A model generated the notes under the pieces. It was not told the origin of the DNA. It worked only from the letters and a program-made list of their open reading frames with translations, and did not search any database. From assembly GCA_003344405.1 (NCBI GenBank), contig NOWV01000149.1, forward strand, positions 62,001-126,000: a DNA stretch of 64,000 bases, given 5' to 3'. A program made the translations under genes and the position numbers. Shown here piece by piece: positions 1 through 11,519 of the stretch (the first letter of the stretch is position 1; every line of letters begins with the position of its first letter). The stretch comes from Trichoplax sp. H2. Its lineage: Eukaryota.

Positions 1-681
1 ATTTTTTGCAATGGTGGTTATGCTGAATATGTTATTATTCCAAGTTATAAATATCTTGCTAAGATTTCTGGTGTCGATTTCCATGCTGCCACATCGCTTG
101 CTTGCTCAGGTTTAACTGCCTATAATGCAATCAAGAAAGCGAATGTAAGATCTCCAGAATATTTGGTCATCATAGGTACTGGTGGGCTGGGTCTGATGGG
201 CATTCAATTGGCGAAAGCAACAACTCAAGCGAAAATCATTTGTGTTGATATCGATGATCAAAAATTAAATATAGCAAAGAATTTAGGCGCTGATTTTATT
301 GTTAACTCTAGCGATGGCAATGCAGTGCAGAAAATATACTCCATCTGTCCTAAAGGCGTCGATAGTGTAGTCGATTTTGTTAACGCCTCTCCGACGGCAA
401 AGATAGGATTATCCATACTTAAGAAGCGTGGGAATTTAGTGCTTGTAGGATTATTTGGTGGTTCTATCGAAATCTCTTTAGTGACAATACCACTAAAGAC
501 CTTAATTATTCAAGGCGCTTACACAGGTACTTATAGGGAAATGGTAGAGTTGCTACAATTGGCCAAAGAGGGGATCATTAATCCAATTATTTCGAAGCAG
601 TATTCTTTACAAGAGGCTAATACCGCATTAAATGACTTAAAACAGAGGAAGATTGTAGGGCGAGCAGTAATCATCCCATAA
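1..681 (+). CDS. adh: Zinc-dependent medium-chain alcohol dehydrogenase, 5'-truncated by the window edge, no intron in the visible part
   Basis: Frame 1 is open from base 1 (IFCNGGYAEYVIIPSYKYLAK...SLACSGLTAYNAIKK...IIGTGGLGLMGIQ...VDID...GRAVIIP*). It has the GGYAEY motif, the catalytic-Zn Cys in LACSGLT, the Rossmann GxGGLG and an acidic Asp typical of NAD preference. The ORF-track start at 163 is an internal TTG. Confidence 0.93.
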   Translation: MFCNGGYAEYVIIPSYKYLAKISGVDFHAATSLACSGLTAYNAIKKANVRSPEYLVIIGTGGLGLMGIQLAKATTQAKIICVDIDDQKLNIAKNLGADFIVNSSDGNAVQKIYSICPKGVDSVVDFVNASPTAKIGLSILKKRGNLVLVGLFGGSIEISLVTIPLKTLIIQGAYTGTYREMVELLQLAKEGIINPIISKQYSLQEANTALNDLKQRKIVGRAVIIP

Positions 682-2553
682 CGCTGTAACAAGTGACTTT
701 CTTTTACCAATTGGCTATTAATCGTTGATACTTTACTTCGTCTAAAACGTTTAGCAGAGGATGATTCTGGGCTGGATGATAATCATCTTGTACTGTCTGC
801 ATACGTAGAATTAATGATAGTGTTGCATAATGGAGTTGTCATATTATGCGGTATAAAGTCCATGTTCTCGTATTATCCTCCTCCTCCTTATATTAAGAAT
901 ATACGTAACTACTCTCTACTGGCGTTAGTAAGGTTGCCATTTAGATACTTCAATTTTCAGTGGATAATGATTTGGGTAGTTGGTAGATGACAAATTTTAA
1001 ACCATTTCCTAAGCTTAACTAGCACAAGCTAGGTGATTCATAAATTCATGATCACTAAATTACGGTACTACAATGCTTGGCTAAGCTACTATTGCTTATT
1101 GTTACCATGTCCTATCGAAGAAATTGAGCCATATTGAAAGCGTTCTTTTACTGACAGACAAGTTTATTATATTGTACATACATATACCCTTAAATCTTGC
1201 AATTGTAATAAATCAAAAATGGCAAATACCAGCATGATTATGGCATGGCAGGGATCACAGCAACAGCGAGATTATCCAATAATTATAATCTGTTCATTAT
1301 TTTTATATGTATTATTAGCTATCTTTGTCATTCTTAATTTGATTCGCTATCAATTATTGCATGCAAGAAATTTTATATGATTTCTATTTCCTAATTTGCT
1401 ACCACTAGATGATAGCAAAGCCACAACGCTATTTGTACATCCTTTTTCAATCCTAACAGTACTATGGATTCCATTTGAAGAACGGATTAATGCATACGTT
1501 GGTCTATTGCAGGATAAATTTTTATGTTGAACATATAATCTTGATATTTCTAAATTACTTATATCTGCTACAATAAATAATAATCGAACTCTGATATTAT
1601 TAAGTTAGTTTCTGTGTGATATATATAATTTACGAGATATTTCATGCCATGGACACGTACATGTAGAATCGAGTACAGACTTAAAGGCAGGATAAAAATA
1701 AATGAGTGGCAGTTACGGTAGAAGATGGAAGATTCCTTTATCCTACTCGTATAGTTAAATATTTCCGGTGAACAGTAAATGGATAAGAACTTACCTTTCT
1801 ATAGCTAGAATTAGCTGTAATTAGTTGTAAAATAATACGGTTATACTGTTGATACAACGACAATGCTGCTAAACATCACCAGCGTTTTATTAATTTCTGA
1901 TAGTCTTTCATATTGGTGTAACAGATCTGGCAAAATCATGTCTAATTTGTTGCAGCCAATTAGTTACAGGTAAGCACTGGTAAGATGTAACTATACACAA
2001 TTTTTAAAATTGCTGAAGGGTACATGATAACTTATGTTAACACGCTACACGTATGATCAAATCCAATCATGACATTAATGTGTTGTAATTGAAATGTGCA
2101 TACATAAACATTTACAGACCATAGCAATAGGAGGCAATCGTTAATTCACACTTTTTAATACCCAGAAATTGAAAATTTTGTAACATACAGTACAAAGGTT
2201 TCTGAGTGAATTCCCCTTATCAAAGGAGATTAAGTATTCGACATATTATGTATAGGTTTATTTATTTAGATATAATTTTTGTGATGATAAATTGAACTGT
2301 AATGTTAGATTGAATTAGAGTTGAGAATTGTGAAACAACCTCAGCAATACTATATTATGTAATTAATAATATCAAAACTCGAATACAATAAGGTATAGGT
2401 TATGTTAATTATTATCGCGATGACAGTATCCTACATTGATATTACGTTACAGTACGAGAATTTTATCACATACAGTACATCCATTTGAATTTGTGTGCAT
2501 CCTAAATAATACAAGTGCTTTCAGTGGTCAAGATATTACAGTAAATATTTCTT

Positions 2554-5500
2554 TCATTGAGGCAAGCTATCTTTCATGACTAATTCTACGTTCCATATCT
2601 GAAAAATAAAAAAAGAAAGGAAGATTAAAAGACCTTCTAAGTGGTTACTGCTTGTTACCGATTTCCCATACTTTAATTGATCTATCGTTACTGCAGGTAA
2701 CAAGCAAATGCTTGCCATGATGGTAATTCATGGAAGAAATGCCACATTTCGTGTCAAAAAATGTGGCTAACGTTTGCCGACTGAATTAAATAGACAAAAG
2801 CATTTCAAGTATTAAGAATACAGTTTACTAAAAATTATTGTGAGATATACAATAAAAGTATTATAAATATTCTAGCTTACTCTGCGTCAGTTATGGTTTC
2901 ATAACAATCGTTGCATACACGAACTGGAAATTCAAACCCTAGGGATGGCATTACAGACGTGTTTTCACTGCATTTGGCGCAGACTGCTATACCACATTTG
3001 CGACAATGATGCTACAAATATCATTAAAACTAGCAGTTAAATTTAAAGATTTACAACAAGCCGCTTCTGAGGCTCTATGTATTGCCATATTAATAGCAAA
3101 TGTTCAATCCGTAGGATCGCACTAGAATGCAGATATTGACAAATGTTCAAGATACCTGTCGAAATCCAATCTTTTTTTCACTCCACATTTGCTTGACATT
3201 CCAAAAAAATGGAACATCGCAACGCTGACATGAATCAGATTCAAGCCACTCTTTCGTCTTTAAGTAAGAATAAATGAAAACAAAACTGAATTGGTTGTGA
3301 ATGAGTGAATCGACAATCTTGAAATAGCGATATTATAATTTAAATTGATGGGCAGTACTATTGCTTTACATACCTCAGCTCTGTCTACATCCATTTTCCA
3401 TGTAACTATGAAGCCATCATCGGCAACTGAAATTAGCTTGCTTGCCTCGCGAACATAGTGGAGTGCCCGTATTTTATCGCTTTGGGTAATAGCAAGTGAT
3501 CCATTGTGAGAGTAAGTCCAGATGAGGAGAAGGCCATCAGTACAACATGTAATGAGAACGGTAATTTATGTAAGTCAATAAAGTGCTCTTTAAAACACCC
3601 AATGATGGCAGCTTTTTCTACGTTATGCTACAAACCCGTGTCCATGCAATTGGTAAACGGTGCCTTTTCTACCTCCGATATCCCAGACCAGAATAGTTCT
3701 GTCAAAGCTTCCTGAAAATAATAACTGTTTATCGGGATCCCAAGCTAAACAGCGAATACTACCTATAACCGAATAGGAAAAATACGTCGTATAATTCAGC
3801 TGCAATGCAGGCCATTTCATATTTCAAATAATATCATCAAGTATAATTTGTAATCCAGAAGTAAACAATAAGACTTTATTATTATTATCTTGTCTCAGAT
3901 ACCTGAATGGCCTTGTAACGTTGTGACGGGCACCAAACTGGAATTATTGTCTTTAACTCGTAACACAGCGATGCTGCCGCCATAATCACCAACAAAGATA
4001 TGCTTACTATCTTGATCAAATCTGTAATTTCAGTTAAGGCAAAATAGACTACGGCACGATCTCCATGTTATGCTTATTTTTAAAACTACGTAAACGTAAA
4101 ACATTATGGGATATCAGTTCAAGTTCTACCCAATACAGCCTATTGCAATAAATATCAACATTCTTGAACTCTATTTCTACGCCGAAAATTAAGTATCGGG
4201 AGAATACTTGGTGGAAATTCTATCACGGGCGCTATACATAAACTTCAACTAAAATGTCTAATTCTAAGTTAGCTATCTGTGGTAGATCTTTAGAACGTCA
4301 ACTTTAAAAAATAACTGCTATACAATTTATTATTGGATGGATACTCAAGAGCAATGCACCAAGCATTAGCCTGATAACCGCCTAAACGTCGACCAGTTTC
4401 ACAGCAATGCCACTGCATATATTTGTCTCGACTGACACTTAACAACCAATTTAAATTCGGACTGTAAATTATTCCATTAACACGTCCTGAGTGGGCTAAA
4501 GAGAATAAACGAAATATTCTTCATATTGTAATAGAGAGAGAGAGAGAGAGATGTCACAGCACTGTCCTAATTACACTTGTCCATTCGATATCTCTATGTA
4601 TGTTCAATTACAGTGGGCTAACCATCATAAATAAAATCAATTGACTTCATCGAGTATATGGCAATGTTATTCGCAACTTCTACAATTTACTCAATAATAT
4701 TAAGGACCGTGATATACATGGGGTAATTACTCTTTGCTCGTTAGCATATGGGATTGCAAGAAAGCAATGAAGAAATTCATCTTACCGGCATAATCACGCT
4801 TGTGAGTTATTTTGTTGAAATCTTCGGATAATTCAAATTCCTGTATGAATAGTGCAAATAAAAGGCGTCATTAACTGCACAATTACAAGCTATTAACTAG
4901 TACAACATTAGGATTAAAATTTACTGCGGAATGTCTCATTTTCCTTTAGCTAAAGTAAACGAGCGATTGATGGGATAAATCAGACCGTCAAACAATAGCA
5001 TAAAGCGGTTGCAACGGACATTTATTCCTCTATCCATTTCAGCAAGAAAGATACACATTTATGCTTTTGTTCATGATGGATGAACGTTTTCCACTATGCT
5101 GAGCAAATAGACTGTCATTCTAATTAATGTAGGTCTTGTTCAATTCGATCTGACTTTCTAATTAGTAAATTTTGCTGTTAATAATGCTCTAATGAAAAGT
5201 GGGCATGAGTTACTTCAATAGTAACTACAGACATCAAATGATGCATAAAATTGTATTCTTGTTCGTTTGCATAGCTCTATTTGTATGAGGGAATAATCCA
5301 TTCAAGTGACGATAGCATCATTAGCGAGCAATGAATTACAACATCGGCACTGAATGTTTTTGACATGATGTTTACTTTTCAGTCAGCGTAAGTTTACAGC
5401 ACTACAAAATGAAACTATTCATTCTTGTCAACTAAAAATCAACGGATCCATTTTTGTCATGATACGCTCACAAAATGTAGTTAGGGTTTTATGCATACGT

Positions 5501-7284
5501 GTATATACAGTCAGAATTTGAGTTCTAGGTTGATCTGATCCATCGGTTAGAATGGAGTACAGTTGGTGAAGATGATCAGTTAAGCTTTGAATACATCAAG
5601 GTTACCCTTTGTATTCAATTAATCTTACTTAGCGTTACTATTAATAAACATTTTTCATTATAATGGGGCTTGAACTAGTCCGTGATTGAAAATTGAGAGA
5701 AAAAGGTTGATTCAATTGAGCAAATCTTACCGAAATCAATCCGGTCTCGATGCCACAAAATAACTTTCTATCTTGACTGCTGAAATAGAGAGCGGTGACA
5801 GGAGCTAGATAAAAATAAGGAAAGCAAGATTGAGAATAATTTGATCAAGCTAAATCATTGGCTGTTGATAAGCTAAAAATGATCATGATAGGACTACTGT
5901 AGGGATGTAGCATTTCTAAAAGCAATCAATCTATATTTTTATTCCTTGGTAAGATAAAGTACGAGTATAAACAGAACCAATATTAAATTGGAAACTTTAT
6001 CCATAGCAAAACAAACGCCAGTAAGGCGGATAAAAAGAGTGATGGCGACGATAAGCCCTAAAGATAAGCAGAAAAATGTCGCTAATGATGCTACCTACCG
6101 CTCATGGTATGACAAATACTCGGCCAATATTGACCACTGTCTCGCTTGAGCCAAACCATGACATTGCTAGCAAGAATAAGAAAGATTGATTAACATGAAT
6201 ACTGTCAAATCATCGTTGGGAGAGACATTTTGTTGCGATAATACAATATCATCATCGTTGTCATCGCAGGTTTCGAAGAATACAAATCAAAATGAATTAA
6301 ATTTCCTTTCAATGGCTCTTTGCATTTTTGAACTGTATTCTCTCATCAAATCGATTCTACATTATCTACAGTCGATAGGAGAGTTCCACATGGACAATCG
6401 TTTGACTATCCCCATGGATTGTAAGTTGAAACTCGATAAGATGAGAAGGAAAGTGCAAGTGCAATGGAGGTTAATCTGTATCCGATAGGGCACTTCATGA
6501 TTGCAGTAGAGTAGTAGGAAAATGAAGACCAGTCTTAACATTAGTCTCTCTTTCTAGTCGATGTTGGTCTTGGTTGGAATATTTCTACTCTATCACCGCT
6601 ATTCCAACTACTTGGTATTTTCATGGTAGGAAATGAGATCCGTCTGGATGGATCTCGTATCTTGACCATGGTGGAGAATCCTGTATGGACTTATGCCGAG
6701 TAGAATACTATTGTACAACGAAATGGGATAGTAGAAACAAAAATGATGATGCTTCGTTCTATCCATAGAGTCGTTCAGGCCATTGACCGACATCTTACCA
6801 GTCTAAAATACTTTGACAAAGGTTGGAAATGCTATCTTGATGGAGATACTAGTCGTTTTGAGTCCAGCAATACTTCCATCAACAAGACAAAACTACTGGA
6901 TTACAGTAAGGCATAGAAAAATAGCCTTGGCATCACAACAGAATAGCAAGACGACACAATCGACACAAGAATTGTCGTTTGCGATTCCCCCCCCCCGCCC
7001 AAGTTAAATCACGATCACTCCAACTGCAGTCACTTAAACTGGGCGATGATGGATCCCTACTACTCCTCCTTAAAACGATTATCCAGTGGAACTATTCCTA
7101 CTCAGCATCGACCATTGCTGGCAGCCATGATTGAAAACATTGCCTACCGATCATCACTAGCGCTGATGACACCATCTTCTTCGGGTATAATAACTGCTGC
7201 ATTGAGGGTGCCGTTGATCCCTTCCAGTTTATTCAACAGTTCGGGATTATTCAAACGAATTCCATCAATGACTGCGGTAGCCAT
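2554..7284 (-). CDS. WDFY2: WD repeat and FYVE domain-containing protein (WDFY1/WDFY2 ortholog), 12 coding exons, ~407 aa
   Basis: Hand-spliced exons 7148-7284, 6099-6166, 5731-5804, 4786-4840, 4345-4495, 3903-4021, 3636-3762, 3374-3479, 3156-3257, 2881-3011, 2672-2780, 2554-2598. All introns are GT-AG and phase-consistent. The protein has [22 protein letters not shown] and the [39 protein letters not shown], all characteristic of WDFY1/2. Confidence 0.95.
4022..4344 (-). other. U12-type (minor spliceosome) GT-AG intron, intron 5 of WDFY1/2
   Basis: The 5' splice site reads GA|GTATCCATCC (U12 consensus GTATCCTT). The branch site CCTTAAC (4033-4039) lies about 11 nt before the 3' splice site, and there is no polypyrimidine tract (TTGCCTTAACTGAAATTACAG|). 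Confidence 0.8.
4533..4551 (+). repeat. (AG)n microsatellite in a WDFY intron
   Basis: agagagagagagagagaga read directly. Confidence 0.9.
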
Positions 7285-7758
7285 TACTGCAGCAATAACT
7301 CAATAATCAATAGCAAAAGACGATGCAAATGGAGCCAAAAATGGGAAAATCACTTGGGCTTTGGACGATTTCTTTCTATGTTGACTTTTTCCCCTTGATG
7401 CAGGCACTATACCACGCTTGATTCGCTAGCGAGTATCCTCGCCTTGACTAGCCGATCGGACGATGGATGGAGTGGAAACCACCTTCCCAACGACCTCTTT
7501 CATACAGTACCCTCTCAGTGTTCCTCACCACTGCCTGCCGGCCTTAGCGATGACGTATTCCATCAACCGATCCCAAACAGTACTCGCAACTGCACCTCTT
7601 TTTTTGTATACAGAATTTTTATTGTGACTGAATGGTTAGCTTATTCAACTAATTATTGATTACTGTTTGAGTATGTAGATACCAAAAACGAATGGAGGAA
7701 TATAGTCTACAGTTGACGCTGATACTAGGGTGAAGGAATTCATGGTTGATATACAGAT

Positions 7759-8505
7759 AGTGAGTAAAAGCTTATTACTACTCTAGTTCTTGACTACTGT
7801 TTGAGTAGAGAGACTACCGATAATCTTTGGGTACCAGTACCGTTCCGGAACGGCTCATCGCATCCATGCAGTACTGTACACAGTATAGCGATTTCCATCT
7901 CTCTGTCATGTCCTAATGCTCAATCAAGAATAATGATAATAATAATAATAATAACAGTAGTAATAGTAGTCGTAAGTCTTAAGTGAGTAGCATTGACCGA
8001 GGCTAATGTTTGAGTAGAGAGACTACCGATAATTTTCGGTACCAGTACCGTTCCGGAACGGTTCATCGCATCCTTACAGTACTGTACTGTACACTGTATG
8101 TACAGTATACAGTCCTGAGAATCGATTTCCATCTCTCTGTCATGTCCTAATGCTCATGGCTCAATCAATAACAATAATAATAATAATAATAATAGGAATA
8201 ATATTAATAACAGTAGGAATAGTAGTCATACTGTATGTCCTAAGTGAGTAGCATTGACCGAAACTACTGTTTGAGTAGAGTGAATACCGATAATCTTCGG
8301 TACCAGTACAATACTGGAACGGTTCATCGCATCCGTACAGACAGAGAGATGGAAATCGATATACAGTACTGTACTGTACTATATATCGATTTCCTTCTCT
8401 CTGTCATGTCCTATTGCTCATTGCTCAATCAATAATAATAATAAATAATAATAATAACAGTAGCAATTGTAGTCGTATGTCCTAAGTGAGTAGGATTGAC
8501 CGAGT
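7759..8505. repeat. Degenerate tandem array, ~3 units of ~220-260 bp with (AAT)n tracts and internal palindromes
   Basis: AAGTGAG TAG(C/G)ATTGACCGA recurs at 7981, 8242 and 8484. Each unit has TGTTTGAGTAGAG..TACCGATAAT..GGTACCAGTAC and CGATTTCC.TCTCTCTGTCATGTCCTA.TGCTCA followed by (AAT)n. Confidence 0.9.
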
Positions 8506-9644
8506 TATGTTAACGGAGTAGAACACATGTACAATTGCATTAGTAGCATTTGGTATTCGAATATTGCACTTGCAATACTTGATGTATTTTGTGCAGTAAT
8601 AAGATTTTGAAAATTAGTTTTATCACTGCGAAATCAAGGTTAAAAAGTTGAGAGAAACGCTTAGTTATGGGATAGCTTGCATGGGACTTGTAATGAGAAA
8701 GAGATGCCCGTACACTGGCATACTCAGATCCAATTGCATAGCACATGGATGCTATTTGCCTAGCCATTTCTTCTCGTATGACTACAGGGATAGGCATTGT
8801 ATTATACAGTAGCATATCAAAAGAGTGACAAGCTTCTCGGCAAGAAGCTAAATAGAAACACGCTATTCTGGAGATAAACACAAGTTAATTACTACATTTG
8901 CAGCCATTCAGCTTACTGTGGATGTGAAAGATACACACTGTTTCTGATATCCATGTATTCAACTGGATAGACAGATAGACGAAATTCAGTGGTAGTGCAT
9001 GGCTTTTCCTTAACCCTAATTAACGCTGACTTTATAAAGAAACACCATTTTATACTGCACACGATCACTGTATTCCCAAATACTGAATTACTGTCATGAG
9101 CTGAAATCATGGCATCAGCCATACGACGTACATTGAAGTCGAATAGAAGAAAGTATCTATATCGAGGATCAGTCTATCCATTACAACGATATTAACAGAT
9201 CTTTATTTTCTTTCCAATGGCTAGCGTAGATGACCAACGCTTTCAAATAGTGAGCATACTCGGTTGTATGTAGAATATCGCGATACGTAAGGCATTGAAA
9301 GTATAATCTACAAGATAAGGATATCCTGCGATTTTTTTTCATCACGCTACAATTATACGACAGTAATGATATGTATATATTTTATTCAGGAACAGCACTT
9401 TCATGCACCCATAAATTATAATATGCTCCCAATAAGCAATCATTAAAGATAGTAGACAATGTATTAATAGATTCCATTTCATTTATATATAAGAGAATTA
9501 CATAGGTCAATACATTGATATCACAATGTCATTGCAATAAAAGCAATTGATTCTTTCACTTACTATCTACTTCACATTGAGGTCAATATTACGTGTATGT
9601 ACGTATTAGCCTCATAAAATAAGGCACTTTTGCAGCTTGTCGGC

Positions 9645-11416
9645 CTATTTTTGATTAATCTGAAATTCCGAAACAGACTTTAACATTTCCTCACTTACAA
9701 TAGGCTGAAATAACTTATCTCTTTTATTAAAAACATAACAAGTTGCATCTTTAATATCAAACCACAACGAGTATAGCTTTACGGTTCCGGCTGCAATTTT
9801 CTCCTTCATAAAGCTATAAGAATTGACGTGTAAAAGTTGCTGCAACGTATTAATCTGTTGGCAGTATTACAAGTAAATGATTCAATATCGAGAAAAAATC
9901 CACGATGCGACAAGCTCAAAGTATTGTGGATGAATGCAGCAGTCTATAAGTTATCGTAATTTTTAGTGCTTGATGTTCATTTTGCAGTAAATACGAGCAG
10001 AATGATCATAATATCCATTTCGAGTGTACCTGAGATAACTGGTCCTTTGGTAATAGGTTTTGGTTAATTTTAGCTTCGAATTTTAAACCGTTTTCATTAA
10101 ATTCTAAATGCAATGGTTGGTCGCTATTCGATCGATCAACGAGTGTCGTCTTTTCCCATTTAGTGTAAGTCTGACTAGCAAATCGATAGATCCAGTCTAA
10201 CACAAACGATGATTCACTAGGCGCAGTTCCGCCTAAAGAGTGCAATCCGTCCATCGCCTGCAATTACGAATTTATTAATTAGTTCTAATCGCTGATCATT
10301 TATATTGATCTTTCACAGGATAAGAGTGTAGCCAAGGCTCTCCAATCATCTAAAATCAACAGTCAATGTTTAATCATCCTATCATTTCGGTTACTGATAG
10401 TCAATTTTAATATTAAAATTATCGTCCTACAGCGCTTGCAAAGGATTGTTCTATTGCGTAGACGTTAACAGTAACAACATGATATTACCACAATCGATGT
10501 CATCGCTTAGCCTGATATGATTGGCGAAGTGAGTATCCCACTAGAAATGCATGAGGATACTAACCTTACAATCGGAGTGTCCACACACCACAACAGAGCT
10601 GACTTGATTGCGAACACAAGCTAGTTCTAAAGCAGCAGCCTCTGCTGGTGTCCAACGTTCGTATATAAGTTTAGAATGTGGAACAATATTGCCTGCATTT
10701 CTAACAATGAAACTTTCACCAGGCGCAATGGAAGCAATGTTGGATGGAAATACCCGACTGTCCATGCAGGTAATGAAAATGCAGCTTGGCTGTAAAGGCA
10801 GAGAAGATTGATAACCAATTAAAAAGTATCCGGTCTAAGTATCGATTGGAATGACAGTATAGGCATTACTGAAGTTGTAAGTAATTAGTATGGACTATCT
10901 TCTAGTGGTCCAAGGGTCAATAGTCATGATTATAGTACATTCTGCTAGCCCGGTTATCCACATGTTGTTCACTGTTCTGTACAGTATATTCCATCTTTTA
11001 ATTGAAGTAAGATACTGATGGGCACAAAATACCAAGTTTTGCAGAACTTTGGCTTGTAGCTCAACATGTCTACGGAATAGCATGGCACTAACACTGTTAC
11101 TTTACTGTATTGTTATCCCATTGAATTATCTGTTATAATTGAACTAAGTTCTGTGAGGTAGGTATGCTAATCCTGTTGATTGCATCAACTGGTGATCCTT
11201 GTACGCTGGCTAGAACAACTGCTCGATATGATCATTTCAACCACTGTACAAGTCGATTTGTCCACGTCAACGGAATCACTTGCCGTTGCAATTTATCCAG
11301 CAAAAGGGTATGCAACTTACCTGCACTTTTTCAGCTACCTGAGCATACAGAGTCTTATTGGCAGAACTTAAAGAGGCTGAATACCGTAAAACCCCACGAA
11401 TGACTTTCTCAATCAT
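9645..11416 (-). CDS. Beta-class carbonic anhydrase (metazoan type), 4 exons, ~252 aa
   Basis: Exons 11321-11416, 10565-10789, 10030-10257, 9645-9854, all phase 0 with GT-AG introns. Zn ligand motifs TCMDSRV (CxDxR) and CGHSDCKAM (HxxC), plus VRNAGN, QINTLQQL and LWFDI. The N-terminus MIEKVIRGVLRY resembles invertebrate beta-CAs. Confidence 0.95.
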
Positions 11417-11519
11417 CTTTGATACAGTATTTCCAACTGGCGTGGTAGTCCCTAGAATCTGTAGATGGAACTAACGTACAGTAAGCTTGCGAGATCGATC
11501 ATCGATCGGATTCGATTTT

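Noticed and set aside
3012-3902. WDFY introns 6 and 9 beginning GTATCT as further U12 candidates
   Set aside because: They lack the CC at +5/+6 and have no CCTTAAC branch site near the acceptor.
6186-7007. Short ORFs within WDFY intron 1
   Set aside because: No recognisable domains, and they lie inside a well-supported intron.
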